Positions 13,336-25,735 of a DNA stretch of 64,000 nt are shown in pieces. This DNA comes from Octopus vulgaris (lineage: Eukaryota): positions 5,270,001 to 5,334,000 of the forward strand of contig OX597836.1 of NCBI GenBank assembly GCA_951406725.2, given 5' to 3'. The notes under the pieces were generated by a model. The model was given only the letters and a program-made list of their open reading frames with translations. It was not told the origin of the DNA and searched no databases. Every line of letters begins with the position of its first letter. Position 1 is the first letter of the stretch. A program made the translations under genes and the position numbers.

Positions 13336-13915
13336 TTAATGTGTGTGTTTTATGACAAATATCTTTAAAAAGCTTTTACAGGACTACCACTGATATTTAC
13401 TGAAGAGGTTTCAGGGTTTTTGTTTTAGAATTCAGCTGCATTAATTTTTCAAGCGTCGCATGTCGTCCTAAAAACGAATAAATACATATTATTTCGGAAG
13501 ATTTTAGGTGATTCTTTTGCATAATGTTATATAATAGTTTTATATATTACTTCACTCCGAAACAGATATTAATACGTGGGTGTTATTGTCGTAATCCTAA
13601 CTTTTTCTATAGATAACAGAATCTCAATCCTTTTTACTGCAGGAGAAAACTTTAATTCAACGCGAAAAATCTGTAAGACTTTGAAGAGCGAAGTTAAAAC
13701 AAGAACCGAAGCTTCCAAGTATGGTTTTTAATTGAATAAATAATCTATATCTTCTGAAGGTTATGGAATTGATTTCTATATCCTTTAGAAAGGTAAGACT
13801 TTGTAGATAGTATCTGTTAAATTAATATGAAAGACATATGCCGTACACACGTAAAAGAATTGACATGAGCGTAAAGACCCACTCATATTTACTCACAACG
13901 TTTAGTATTGTAAAA

Positions 13916-14116
13916 GAGAGTGAGTCGCCAGAATCGTTAGCGCACCGGGAAGAATGCATAGCAGCATTTTCTGCGTATTCCGCGTTCGGAGTTCAAATTC
14001 CGCCGACGTCGACTTTGCTTTTCATCATTTTCGGATCGTTAAAGTAATTACCACTTGAACAACGGGGTCTATATAATCACAAAATTGCTGGCCTTGTGCT
14101 AATATTTGAAATCATT
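13916..14116 (+). mobile_element. SINE family S2
   Basis: cagaatcgttagcgcaccgg...gagttcaaattccgccgacgtcgactttgcttttcatc...ggccttgtgctaatatttgaaa. Confidence 0.8.
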
Positions 14117-14449
14117 ATACACACACGTTCTCTATCCTGATCAAAACTATACTGACAAATATAGAGTCCTATAAAATCAATCGATTTTGTAGACGAAAAG
14201 ATGGATTATTTTTATATTTACTATAAAAGTTTTAATATCGATTACCTGCGAGCCGTTTACAAAACTATATTAACAATATTATATTTCCGTATTCTTACCA
14301 TATTCCCTTAGATTCTCATAGTAATCTGACGTTATTTATTTTCTGTTTGGCACTTAATATTGATCTGTTGTACCCTCCGTTTTAAATCCAGAAATCCAAT
14401 GGATTTTCTCTAGAGTTCATTTGAAGATATCTTCCTTGTCATTTACCCT

Positions 14450-14865
14450 AAAGCGAAGAATATTCAGCTGCAAGCCTTGTGTCTTTATTTGTTGTTTCCT
14501 CACATTTTGCCGAAGTGCATGATGCAACATCCAGTTGGAATATCGAGCAGTAACCGTGAGAGGATATTGAAGCGTTGTGGGCACTTGAAACCCAACCTGT
14601 TGAAGTATCTAGGCCTGAAGGCAATGTTGAGATATTTGGCAGTATGCAGTGGCGCCCCTTTCTGCTGTTTGAGTAATTTACAAAAGCCGAAGTTTGGTAA
14701 AGTCCTTCTAGCATTTTACAGATGTCTATCAATGCATATATTTCCCGCCTTCTTTCTAAGGAGTAAATTCTAAGATTTTTTCAGTCTCTCTCTCTCTCAA
14801 TAACTGACATGGCGCATTGAGACGAACTTCTTTGAGTCGCTTCATTAGATTGCTTCCTGCACCTT
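14450..14865 (-). mobile_element. CR1-like LINE ORF2 3' fragment, frameshifted
   Basis: Minus-strand translation ...YSLERRREIYALIDICKMLEGL...PNFG...NSRKGRHCILPNISTLPS...GFKCPQRFNIL resembles the CR1-group post-RT C-terminal region. Confidence 0.75.
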
Positions 14866-15043
14866 CATTACTTTCTTTATTTACGAATCATAATTTACAA
14901 ATATCTCATAATTTATTAATTTTTTATAATACTGAATTTCATCCTTGCATTCATACTTTTCAATGGTAATGTACGTACACACACACACATACATAGTGTG
15001 TGTTTATATATGTGTATATCCCCTCATCTATCTATCTCTCTTT

Positions 15044-15080
<37 letters not shown>

Positions 15081-15108
15081 TATATGCATATATGCATATA
15101 TACATATT

Positions 15109-15143
<35 letters not shown>

Positions 15144-15191
15144 TCACATATGTACACACACATATATACATATATATATATATATATAGGC

Positions 15192-15273
<82 letters not shown>

Positions 15274-16107
15274 TCACATATGTACATATATACATATTAT
15301 ATCTATGCCTGTAAGGTATTAATCAATGTATGTCTATAATCTTCGGTGATGTAACCCTTAGTGGATTCTAAAGAATTTTGAGTTAATGCTGTTGACAGCC
15401 ATGTCATTAGAAATGTTACCGTCTAATTAGAGTTAATTACTTCAGCCTCTTGACGATCTTATTGCTGTTGTTGATCTAACGGCCATCCTCTTCTCCCGCA
15501 AAACAACTTTCACCCTCTTCTTTCTCGTCGCCATCTTAGTAATTATTGCTGATGTGTTTCTTTGTCCGCCCCCACCCCCGCTTCATCCTCCTTCACGTAT
15601 TTTCTTCCCCTCTCCCTCTTACTCCTTCTCCGATAAATTACGCATTGTTTTATCCCCCTCTTTTTTACTCCCCTCCCCCTTCTAATTTCCTTCCTTTCTT
15701 TCATTTGCTCCTTCGCACAATTTATATTCTTTCCGTATTTTCTTTTCTTCCCTCTTCCTTTCTGATTCGCCAATTAGAAGCCATATACTTCCTGTTGCCG
15801 TTGTTGTTGTTGTTGTTGCTCTTCTTCTTCTTGTTTTTGTTGTTGTTTGTAGTATTCGCAGGGGCAACTAGCGACGGAGGTGACGGCGCTGACATTGGTC
15901 TTGTCGATTTTTTGTTGCTGTTATTGTTGTTGTTGTTGTTGTTGTTGTGCTGCTGAAGGTGCCGGTGCTGAGGACTTGCTCGTTTCAGTCGATAGATGGC
16001 ATTAATGTCGATAGTTATTCATTCTATAAAACTGACACACAACACTGATCATCACTCCACCCCAACTCCCATCCTCCAGCATCCTCCTCATTCTCATGGT
16101 AATTACA

Positions 16108-16588
16108 ATCATCATCATCATCATCATCATCATCAATATCGCCATCACCGACACCATCATCAACATCATCATCATCATCATCACTATCAACATCATCATC
16201 ACCATCATTGCCATCATCATCATCATCATCATCATAGCCATCATCATCATCATTATCAATATCGTCATCACCATCGCCGTCAACATCCTCATCATCGCCC
16301 TCATCAATATCATCATCATCTTCTTCATCACCATCACCATCAGGGGCAGCAGCGGCAGCATCATCACCACCGGCGACGTCGCTGTGGCCTCTTTGATTGC
16401 TAAATCGTGTTATTGTTATTCGTTTTGCAATGTTATCCTCCTTGTTGTTGCTTCTATCACTCTTGAAATCGAGGTCGATAATTTAGCTGTTGCTGATAAG
16501 GGAAACATATCATCATCATCTTCATCATCTTCATCATCATCATCATCACCATCGCCATCATGATCATGATCATCATCATCATCATAAG

Positions 16589-16655
<67 letters not shown>

Positions 16656-16663
16656 GTCATCAA

Positions 16664-16706
<43 letters not shown>

Positions 16707-16709
16707 GTT

Positions 16710-16746
<37 letters not shown>

Positions 16747-16791
16747 CCATCATATCCTCATCATCATCATCATCATCATCATCGTCATCAA

Positions 16792-16829
<38 letters not shown>

Positions 16830-16925
16830 CCACCACCACCTCCACCGTCATCATCATCATCACCATCATCATCACCATCATCATTGTCATCCTCCTCATC
16901 ATCATCATCGTCATCATCGTCATCA
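16108..16925. repeat. (CAT)n trinucleotide arrays, two blocks
   Basis: Direct inspection; source of poly-His/Ile/Ser/Met/Asp ORFs. Confidence 0.95.
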
Positions 16926-17257
16926 CTTATTAAGAATGACGATAGCGGTTTCAAACTGTGGTAGATGTCTCTAATTTCTGGTGGTGGTGGTGGTGGTGGA
17001 GGGGTGAGTCAATTACCGCGGACTAGGTTGTACTTAGGTGCTTAGGTGGTACTTATTTTATTTACCCCAAAAGGACGAAAAGCAAGACTCAGCACAAATA
17101 CTGGTTATAAGGATGTAGATATCTCGTGCAAAGTAATCTTCATTCCACAAATACCTGTATATTCTTCAAGAACGAAATTTAATATTTGGGACACAATACT
17201 GTCACACCAGCCGCACATTTGTCATACACACACACACACACACACGTACACACATAC

Positions 17258-17292
<35 letters not shown>

Positions 17293-17669
17293 CACACATA
17301 CACACAAACTCCCTCTCCCTCTCTCTGACTGTCTCTCTCTCTGACTGTCTCTCTCTCTATCTGTCTCGCTCTGTCCCTCAGTCTATCTGTCTGTCTCTCT
17401 CACTCTCTCTGTATCTCTGTCTCTCTCTCTCTGTCCCTCTCTCTGTTTGTCTCCCTCCCTCACTCATACCCCATCTCTATCCCTGTGTCTGTCTGTTTGT
17501 CTCTCTCCTACTATCTCTCTCTCTCTCCCTCTTAAATTTCAGCGAATTTACTCTAATGCAAACCCTTTCTTTCTTTTCTCCTCGTGTGATTTTCAAAATG
17601 TTGATAACGACTTGATTAATAATATTATGAACGGCAAGAACAACTGTAACAACAACAACAACAACAAGA

Positions 17670-17735
<66 letters not shown>

Positions 17736-18000
17736 GTGACACTATTATACGTAGTAATAATAATATTAATATTTAAGTTATTAATATTGGCAAAAGAATC
17801 GGCAGCAGCATTATTAGCAGCAATAATGGTGATGGTGATGGTTATGGCGGTGATATTGGTGATGGTGGTGTTGTTGCGAGGGTAGGGCCGTGGTGGCGGA
17901 TGTGGTGGTGCGTGTGGTAGTAGTGGTGGGGCTGATGGTGGGGTAAGAGGTGTCGATAGTCGCGATCGTGCTGGTTTTGGTGGCCGTGGTCGTAATGGTG

Positions 18001-18063
18001 ACGGTGGTGTGGCTGCCAACGGTGGTGTGGCTGCCAACGGTGGTGTGGCTGCCAACGGTGGTG
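18001..18063. repeat. 18-bp tandem repeat (acggtggtgtggctgcca) x3.5 within a GGT-rich tract
   Basis: Three identical consecutive units visible. Confidence 0.9.
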
Positions 18064-19314
18064 CTGGTGTTGTTGTTGGTAGCTGTGTTGTTAGTGTTGG
18101 TGGTGGTGGTGGTGGTAGTGGTACTGGTGGTGGTGGTGCTGCTGCTGGTGTTAGCCGCCATCGTAGTGTTTGCTTCTTGTTTTATTTCTTGTGTTTTTGT
18201 TATTATTAATAAGATGCCGTGTTAGTCGGTGGTGTAGTTATTGTTTATGCTGATGTGGTGTGGTGTGGTGTTGAATGGTGCCAGAATGGTAATTCCATTG
18301 TTCTGCGAGTCGCTTGTAGTGTTGGCGTTGAGGAGAGGACGGTGTTAGTCACGTGGCTACTCGTTATTTCTCCTCTGGTTATGGTAATTCTTTTTGAATA
18401 TGTTTCGAATGAAAGAAACGTTGGAAGAATATTTCCTTCCTGGTAAAAATATTTTAATAAGAGAGAAAATTAAAATGTTTAATTAATGATTTGCTGAAAC
18501 AGCCAAATAAATGCTATCTAATACTGAGACTTTTTTTTCATATGTGTTACACGAGATCGAATTGCAGTGATTCCGATGTCGTTCCTGTTTATGTTTAGTC
18601 TTTGACAAAGTTTGAAGGTGAATCTAGATTCTGAATCTCCAGGATTAATTTGGTAAGAAATTTTATTAGTTTGGAGAAATAATCGATATTTCGATCATAG
18701 CAGGATTTTGGCCTCCGATGTTCCTTGTATCCATGGTGTAACTTTGTCCATACTGTGATAGGTGTTAATAATTGCAGAAAGATGCCCCCGATGGCTCAGT
18801 CTCTTATGGTCTGCTTTGAGGTTTTCGGTCAGTGTTTGAAATATTTTGTCATAATCATGAGTTTCGAGTTACTCGTCTGCGGAATTTGAGGTCAGAGCAT
18901 CAAGATCCAGGTTAGATATACTACAAGTCAAATCCTCTGAGTATTTAGGAATTCCGACACTTTACCGATTCCGATTGCTACTTTATTTGGTCTTGGTGCA
19001 GGCGAGCATAGAATCCCGATTCGCACATAACACTGCATATACAATGCGCTCATTAAACAATAGAATAAATATATTTTTCGCACTGGCACTTGAAAAATTG
19101 GCCATGTTCCATAATATTTATTTCGTCAATTATAATCATTTTGAAGATGAAAACAAACAGAGTTCTATGCCAGTGAACTTCAGTTAAAATTCGGGTATCT
19201 TCCCCTTTGATTCTATGAGAATAAATTTCTTTAAATAGATATGTAATAAGAGATAAATTAAACGTCCACAACAGCATTCTTAAACATTGTATCAGCTTAT
19301 TCCTTTATACTTTT

Positions 19315-19520
19315 ATTCTTTTATTCTTCAATTCTTTTAATCAGTCATTTGATTACGACCGTGCTGAGGTACACCCATGAAGAGTTTAAATCCAATGAAT
19401 CGACACAAGTACTTATATTTGCTTGGTAAGTCTGATAATTATTATTTCGGTTTCTCTTGCCGAATCGCCAGGTGACAGTGACATAAACACACCAACAACA
19501 ATTTTCAAAAACACACATAT
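19315..19520 (-). mobile_element. Decayed SINE family S1, 3' half
   Basis: cagtcatttgattacgaccgtgctg...gccgaatcgccag...taaacacaccaaca. Confidence 0.65.
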
Positions 19521-19599
19521 ACAAACATACGCAGAAGAAATGAATTACCTGAACATTTCATTTTTGTTTAGGAAGCACTAAGGCCATTCTAGAAGCCCT

Positions 19600-20134
19600 A
19601 CACTTACTCCCAAGTCCAACACAGAAGCCCCGAACCGAATTTTACTGTGTCTCCGTTTTACTGCAAAAGATTGCTAATGATATTTCATAAGGTCCTATGT
19701 AAAATGTAAATATGAATACTGGGTTCAAATGTAACACCATATTTATTAGTTTTCCACTGAATCCCAAGTTAGTCCGACACAAGAATGTCACCAATATACG
19801 ACATGGATCTGTAACATCTCTAGTATTCGGAGGACGTTTTGTAAAGGAGAAATTTGGTGACACCTAAAAGTCAGAATGGAAGGACTTCAAAAGCCACTAA
19901 TGAGAAGAGAAACATCAAAGTCAGGAATTGCTGAATATGGAAAGCGGGGGAAAAGGAAAAAGCAGACCACTATGTAATGAAATTTACATAATTCATGGAG
20001 AAGCACGTAGGATACTTAGGAAAATCAAAGAGGTTACGCTTATGGAGGGACTTGCTGAAGGTCCAATCAGTGAGCATACTTTTCAAGTAAGTTTAATGTG
20101 GTTGGCTTTAGTGAAGAAAAAATTAATAGCCTAA
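19600..20134 (+). mobile_element. Penelope-like retroelement remnant: GIY-YIG endonuclease region (decayed)
   Basis: Translation CKGEIW*HLKVRMEGLQKPLMRRETSKSGIAEY...RPLCNEIYII...RILRKIKE...W resembles the PLE endonuclease pattern YxGETxRxLxxRxxEH...KSxIAEH...W.EVxII...RKxKE. Confidence 0.7.
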
Positions 20135-20664
20135 ATAGCATCAAATACGTGAGCGTCAGTGAAGCACGGGATCAGAGCGTTGTCGCTATTACTTTAGAAA
20201 TAAATGGTCTTTGATTCGATCCATTCAGGAACTAAACGTATATAAGACATCGATGATGTTTGGAGATTAAACCGATAGAAACACAGCAAAGATTTAAATA
20301 TAAAAAGAGCGTGTTCGTTCGATGTGACACGACCTGAACATTTGTAATCAATAGACGAACTGATGCGACAAATAGCCATGGTTTTTCTTTATTTCATCCC
20401 CCTCCTCCGAAAATGTTGTTTGGTATTCATGCCAGAAACACCCATGGCTGATGTTTATTCCATCCCGAATCGAAAGCTCGATATTATATGGCATTTAAAT
20501 GCTACAAATAGCTTTCTATACACTTTGATCCACCTTGAATCAAAAGAAGAAAATCTCTGCTATTTAGTATTGCGTAGCTTGAGGTTAAACGAAAATGATC
20601 AGCTTTCAGTTGAAAAACCGTTCCACAGGTGGCCATTTTGGTTTTAGATTTAAACATTTATATT

Positions 20665-20828
20665 GACGCAGGCGTGACTGTGTGGCAAGAAGTTTGCTTC
20701 CCAACGACATGGTTACCGGTTCAGTCCTACTGGGTGGACATTCCGGCAAGTGTCTTCTACAATAGCCTCGGATCGGCCAAAGCCTTGTGAGTGGATTTGA
20801 TAGACGGAAACTGAAAGCAACCTGTCGT
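20665..20828 (+). mobile_element. SINE family S1, 5' half
   Basis: Matches 38242-38408. Confidence 0.85.
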
Positions 20829-20848
20829 ATAGATACATATATATATAC

Positions 20849-20906
<58 letters not shown>

Positions 20907-20910
<4 letters not shown>

Positions 20911-21174
20911 GTAAAGACCCCCTTCGGTCATGAATGACCATGGGATTGCACCTAGAAAGTTACCCTCCTAGACACAAGTCTGGGCAAGGTTGTTTATGGA
21001 AGACCAGCAGTCGCCCATGCATACTGGCCTCCCCTCTCCACGCCACCAGTGTTATCCAAGGGAAAGACAAAGGCCGATACAGCTTGGCACCTGTGACGTC
21101 GCAACTCATTTCTACAGTTGAGTGAACTGGAGCAACGTGAAATAAAGTGCCTTGCTCAAGAACACAACACGCAG
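20907..21174 (-). mobile_element. SINE family S3 (OR-like), 5'-truncated
   Basis: Near-identical reverse complement of 37370-37637 (ORFs 20934 and 37420 differ at one residue). Confidence 0.92.
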
Positions 21175-21330
21175 TGAGAATTTACAAAAAAAAAACACGA
21201 AGACGGGTGCGTAAACAACAAACAGATGTATTAGTTTAACGCTGGGGAAATGACAAAGACTTTTACGTTTCGAGCCTACGCTCTTCAACAGAGAGGAACA
21301 CAGAAATAAGCAGAGAAAGAAAATAGAAGT
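21175..21330 (-). mobile_element. Non-autonomous HHR-like element, subfamily B
   Basis: Similar to 51920-52115; minus-strand motif CUGUUGA-A-GAGC(guag)GCUC-GAAA-CG-UA at 21260-21296. Confidence 0.75.
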
Positions 21331-21548
21331 TGTTATAGTTTATATTTTTACAGCTCGTGTTTGACCAAAGTGTTAAACACATGAGTTTGAAAAACTAGTA
21401 AAAAACGGCTGATCAATATATTTGTTAATGTAGTAACTAAGATAAAAATAAAGGACCGAACCAGTGCGTGTGTTTATTATTACTGGCATAATGCCCCTAG
21501 CAAGGTTCAATAGTATATATCTCTCTCTCCCAATATCTCTCTCTCTTT

Positions 21549-21584
<36 letters not shown>

Positions 21585-21829
21585 TGTGCATGTGTGTGTA
21601 CGTGTGTATATGTGTGTGTGTGCCTGACCTCCCAACACCGTTTAAAGTGATCATTAATTTCAGGACCAAGCTTAAAGACTAAATGCAGGAATCGATTTTG
21701 TCTACAGAACATTCTTCAATGTTGTGCCCCAGTATAGAAGCTGTCTGATGACTGAAACCTGAAACCACACACACACATATAAGTATACATATACACACAT
21801 ATATAAATATCAATCTATATATCTCTAAA

Positions 21830-22032
21830 TGTGACCGCGTGTGTACCGTTGGTGATTTTTTTCCCTCTGTCTTCCCTTCTCGGGATCTTTCCTTCTCCTA
21901 TGTTTCCGACGAAGAGCTCCGCTCGAAACGTTAAACACTCCTTCTTACCTTCTTTCCTGAGCGTCCAATAATACTATATTTGTTCCACGGCCTCGCGTTG
22001 TTGTGCTCTTTGTGCTTTCTTGTTTGGATTAA

Positions 22033-22035
<3 letters not shown>
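21830..22035 (+). mobile_element. Non-autonomous HHR-like element, subfamily A
   Basis: Reverse complement of 31288-31500; motif UGUUU-CCGACGA-A-GAGC(ucc)GCUC-GAAA-CGUU-AAACA at 21901-21937; ends in (TA)n. Confidence 0.8.
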
Positions 22036-22084
<49 letters not shown>

Positions 22085-22142
22085 AGTATGTATGTATGTA
22101 TGTATGTATGTATGTATGTATGTATGTATGTATGTATGTATG

Positions 22143-22293
22143 TTATTCTTACACAGGAATGCTGTTGACAGTCGCTTCGAAGTTTCGGCCAGACAGCTAA
22201 ACCGTCATCAGAATAACATCCGATAATCCGACGATGGCTTAGCTGATCCAATCTTCGAAAGTCACTGTCAAAGACATTCTTGTGTAAGAATAA
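22143..22293. repeat. Fold-back inverted duplication (~70-bp arms) containing decayed HHR halves
   Basis: ttattcttacacaggaatg...ttgacagt pairs with actgtcaa...cattcttgtgtaagaataa; inner cagctaaaccgtcatcaga pairs with tccgacgatggcttagctg. Confidence 0.8.
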
Positions 22294-22398
22294 TATATTT
22301 GTACTCTACAATCTATAGAGTACCCCATGAGATTAATGCAAAATTCTTTTAATAACTGAATATAAAATCATATATATATATATATATGTGTGTGAGTG

Positions 22399-22455
<57 letters not shown>

Positions 22456-22460
22456 GCAGA

Positions 22461-22547
<87 letters not shown>

Positions 22548-22600
22548 GTATATATGTGTATGTATGTACCTATGTATACTTAGGTACACATACAGACATA

Positions 22601-23853
22601 TACGGTGTCTCAAGAGTCAATGCCTATTTCAGTGATATTCGATATTTTTTTTATAAACAATATTATAGCTTTCTTTATTTGTCTCGATATTTCTGTTGTT
22701 TTTCTTTGTATTTTTCAGACGCAAATGACTGATGGTGGACGTGAAACTAGTGTGACTTTTAGTAACATGGAATATAAAGGGTTTGAAATGTGAATAAATA
22801 AGAAATTAATCTGAGAGGACTGTTTCATAAGAAATGTCAAACAGGCAAATCTATTCGTAAGCTGTGAATGAAATTTCAGAAAACTAGGTCTGTGCACCAT
22901 GTCACTAAAACTGGACATCGAAGAAAATCTGGAGAAAGGATCGAATTGGTTCGAGTAGCATTTGAACAAAATCTGCAATTATCGACTCGTAGAGCAGCTA
23001 GCATGTTAGAAATTTTCCGTGAATCAAATCACGGAATACTACGAAGTGATCTTAAAAAAAAAAAAAAAAAAAAAGAGCTTATCACATTCGAGTTTTTTAC
23101 AAGAAGAGGATTATCTACGAAGATCACGGATTTATGCTGAGCTTATTGATAAAAATGAAAGTGCCGATTTAATCACCAAAATTCTGTTCAATGATGAAGT
23201 GACCTCTCAGACATGTGTAAAGTTTAATCGTCATAATTATCGTATTCGAAGATGCGAGAAGCCAAATGAATATCTTGTATAGGAGCGAGATAGAATAAAG
23301 TGAATGTTTGACTTGGAATACTTTAATCAAATGTGAATGGTTCTTTCTTCTTCGCAGAGACTACGCCGGAAGAACTATATCTCTTGATACACTTAGACAA
23401 TTCCTCGAGCCTCAACTTCTTACAGAAGGCATTCTCGACACAGAATGGTATACCATGCCGTTACTTATTTATCTTCACAGGCGTTTCCCTTGTTCGACTG
23501 GTCATGCCGGATCACAAGCGTGGGGAGTACACTCACCCGTTTTGACATCATGTGATGTTTTTCGCTTGGGGGTTCATTAAATCTATGCTGCCCGCCAATA
23601 GAAGAATTAGAGATGTAGCAGAATCTCAAAATCTTATTACTGATATACTGCAAAACGTAAAATGTCAAAAACTGCAAAGTGTGCTACAGGAAGCAATTTA
23701 TCGCTTTGAGCTTTGAAAAATAATTGAAATTATGAAAAACTGGTTTAAATTTGAATAACATATTTAGTCCAAAGTGCATGTTGCAAAGAAGTAGTCCTCA
23801 ACATGGTGACCATTATTTCTCAAAATAGATTCTGACTTTTGAAAGATCCTGTA
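22601..23853 (+). mobile_element. Decayed Tc1/mariner-superfamily DNA transposon
   Basis: Fragments KFQKTRSV...STRRAASML, ILFNDEVT...KFNRHNYRI (like ILFSDEA..GKVNRHNCRIW) and HSPVLTSCDVF (like SPDLTPCDFFLWG); degenerate TIRs tacggtgtctcaagagtc and gacttttgaaagatcctgta with TA ends. Confidence 0.85.
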
Positions 23854-25492
23854 TCAGAGAAAGGGAGGACTTAGATAGAGTGATGTCTCTTTATTCTATC
23901 TGAAAATAACAGAGATGGGAAGAGAGTTTGAAATAGATAATGAGAAAGGGAAACTTCATTACAGAGAGAGACAGAGATATGGAGGAGAGCTTAAATACAG
24001 GAAAAGAAGGAATTTGAGAAGAAGAGTGAAGTAGAATTACAGAATGAAGAATGTCTTAATGTGGAGGTCTTTAGTGAGAGAGGGGTTTGGATATGGAAAG
24101 AGAGAAAGAAAGAGAATAATAAGAGTGTCACAGAGTGAGACAGTTAGTGTAAGTAAATTACGTACTAAGAGCCGTGGAATCTAAAATACAGAATTAGAAT
24201 GAGCGAAAGAGTCCCGGAGAGAATGAGAGAGAATGAGAGAGAAAGAAAAGAGAGAGAGAGAGAGAGAGAGAGTCATAGAGAGTTAATGTTGTTTCTGTGT
24301 GGAGGTGTATGCAGGGAGTGAAAGGTTCGGATGCAGAGACAGAGATACGGGGCAGTGAAAGATACTGTAAAAGAATTAGATGAGAGAGAAAAAGTGATAG
24401 AGAGGGACCAGATAGAAAAAATAGAGTAAGGCAGAGGAAGCGAGAGAGAGAGAGAGAGAGAGTAAGAAAGCGAGAGGGAGAAAGAGAGTGATAGATAGGC
24501 AGAGAATCTTGATTGATGTTGAAGGAAATAAAAATAAAGGAGGGTTAATATTGCTGGCGAAAAATAAAGTAAAGTTAGGTTGTGAAGGGTACAGAATAGA
24601 AGAAAAATATCTGAATAGGTATGATGATGATGTGCAGCTCGAAGCAATAATGGTATTCATTGGAAGAATAAAGTAGTTATTAGCAGACTAAGAATAGGAA
24701 TATTATCGCTTCGCATCGATAATGAGAAAACGAAAATGAAAATTACCTAAAAAAAAAATAATAATAACAGTAAATAAATAAGAAATAAGAAAAATATTCT
24801 GGCAAAAATAAAATAAAGTGAAATTTTGAAAATTACAATGAAGCGAAATGAAAGAAAATTGTGGATGATGGTTTATTTCGTGGATAAGATTCTGCAAAAA
24901 ATGGGATTAAATGAACTTGCTTAAGGAGAGATCAATTATTGCAGGAAACGTAGCCTGAATATGGTTGCAGGACGTGCTAGAAATAGCAGAGAAATTAGAT
25001 TCAAAATCACAAATCACAACTTTGTCGGTTTTCTTTTTTTGATTACATACTGTGAGCCCAGATATCTCTAGCATGTGGGATGGTCGTGGCTGAGGCGCTT
25101 TTGAGTATAAGTCTCTTTAATCAGTGTTTAATAGGGGTTAATCGTTATCTGCAACATAGTTGATATCTTCTACTTTCAAAATGGTCGTTATGACATGTTA
25201 TTGATTATAGCCCAACCGATTAGACTTTACTTGCGGAAAAAATCAATCATTATGATAACTAATAAGTAACGCGTATTAAGTATTGGAATTCTCTTCAAAA
25301 ATGTTTGGTGTTTCTTTCTTTTAATTTTACTAGCTTCGGTCATTAAACTGTGGCACCAGTTTAGCCGAACCGCTAATATGCAGATATACAAACTGCAACA
25401 GTGGCAGTAAATCAGTGATGGAGGACACAGGCATGCGCGCACAAACACACACGCACTGACAGAGAGAGAGGGAGAGAGACATACACACGCAC

Positions 25493-25735
25493 ATGGCGGT
25501 TCGCTGACTTCCTCTCGTACCTACATCTTAGATCCATCATGGCGTTTGATGAGTGACTTTTTAAACCAGACAATTTATTGAAAAGACACCCACATAGATT
25601 GCATATCCGATTTGGACAACCAAGAGCTGCAGTTAAGTTCTGATCTTTGTGGATCTTAAGATGTCTTTTGAGACCTCTGTTAGATTTGCATACACAGAAT
25701 TCAAAGGTGTGTAAAGATATATAGGCAGAATAGTT
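25493..25735 (-). mobile_element. Probable RTE-type LINE 3' end with two decayed C2H2-like zinc fingers
   Basis: FEFCVCKSNRGLKRHLKIH...CNLCGCLFNKLSGLKSH followed by a short tail into a (TG)n-like tract; no TGEKP linkers. Confidence 0.6.

Noticed and set aside
15996-16964. Poly-His/Ile/Met/Asp ORFs (also 29606-30805 and 55624-56332)
   Set aside because: (CAT)n arrays open in nearly all frames; no domain or splice evidence.
17477-18225. Pro/Thr-rich ORFs with a LAATPP repeat
   Set aside because: Product of GGT-rich low-complexity DNA plus an 18-bp tandem triplication.
18540-19060. Possible decayed LINE ORF on the minus strand
   Set aside because: Complex sequence with stops and no diagnostic motif I can name; needs BLASTX.
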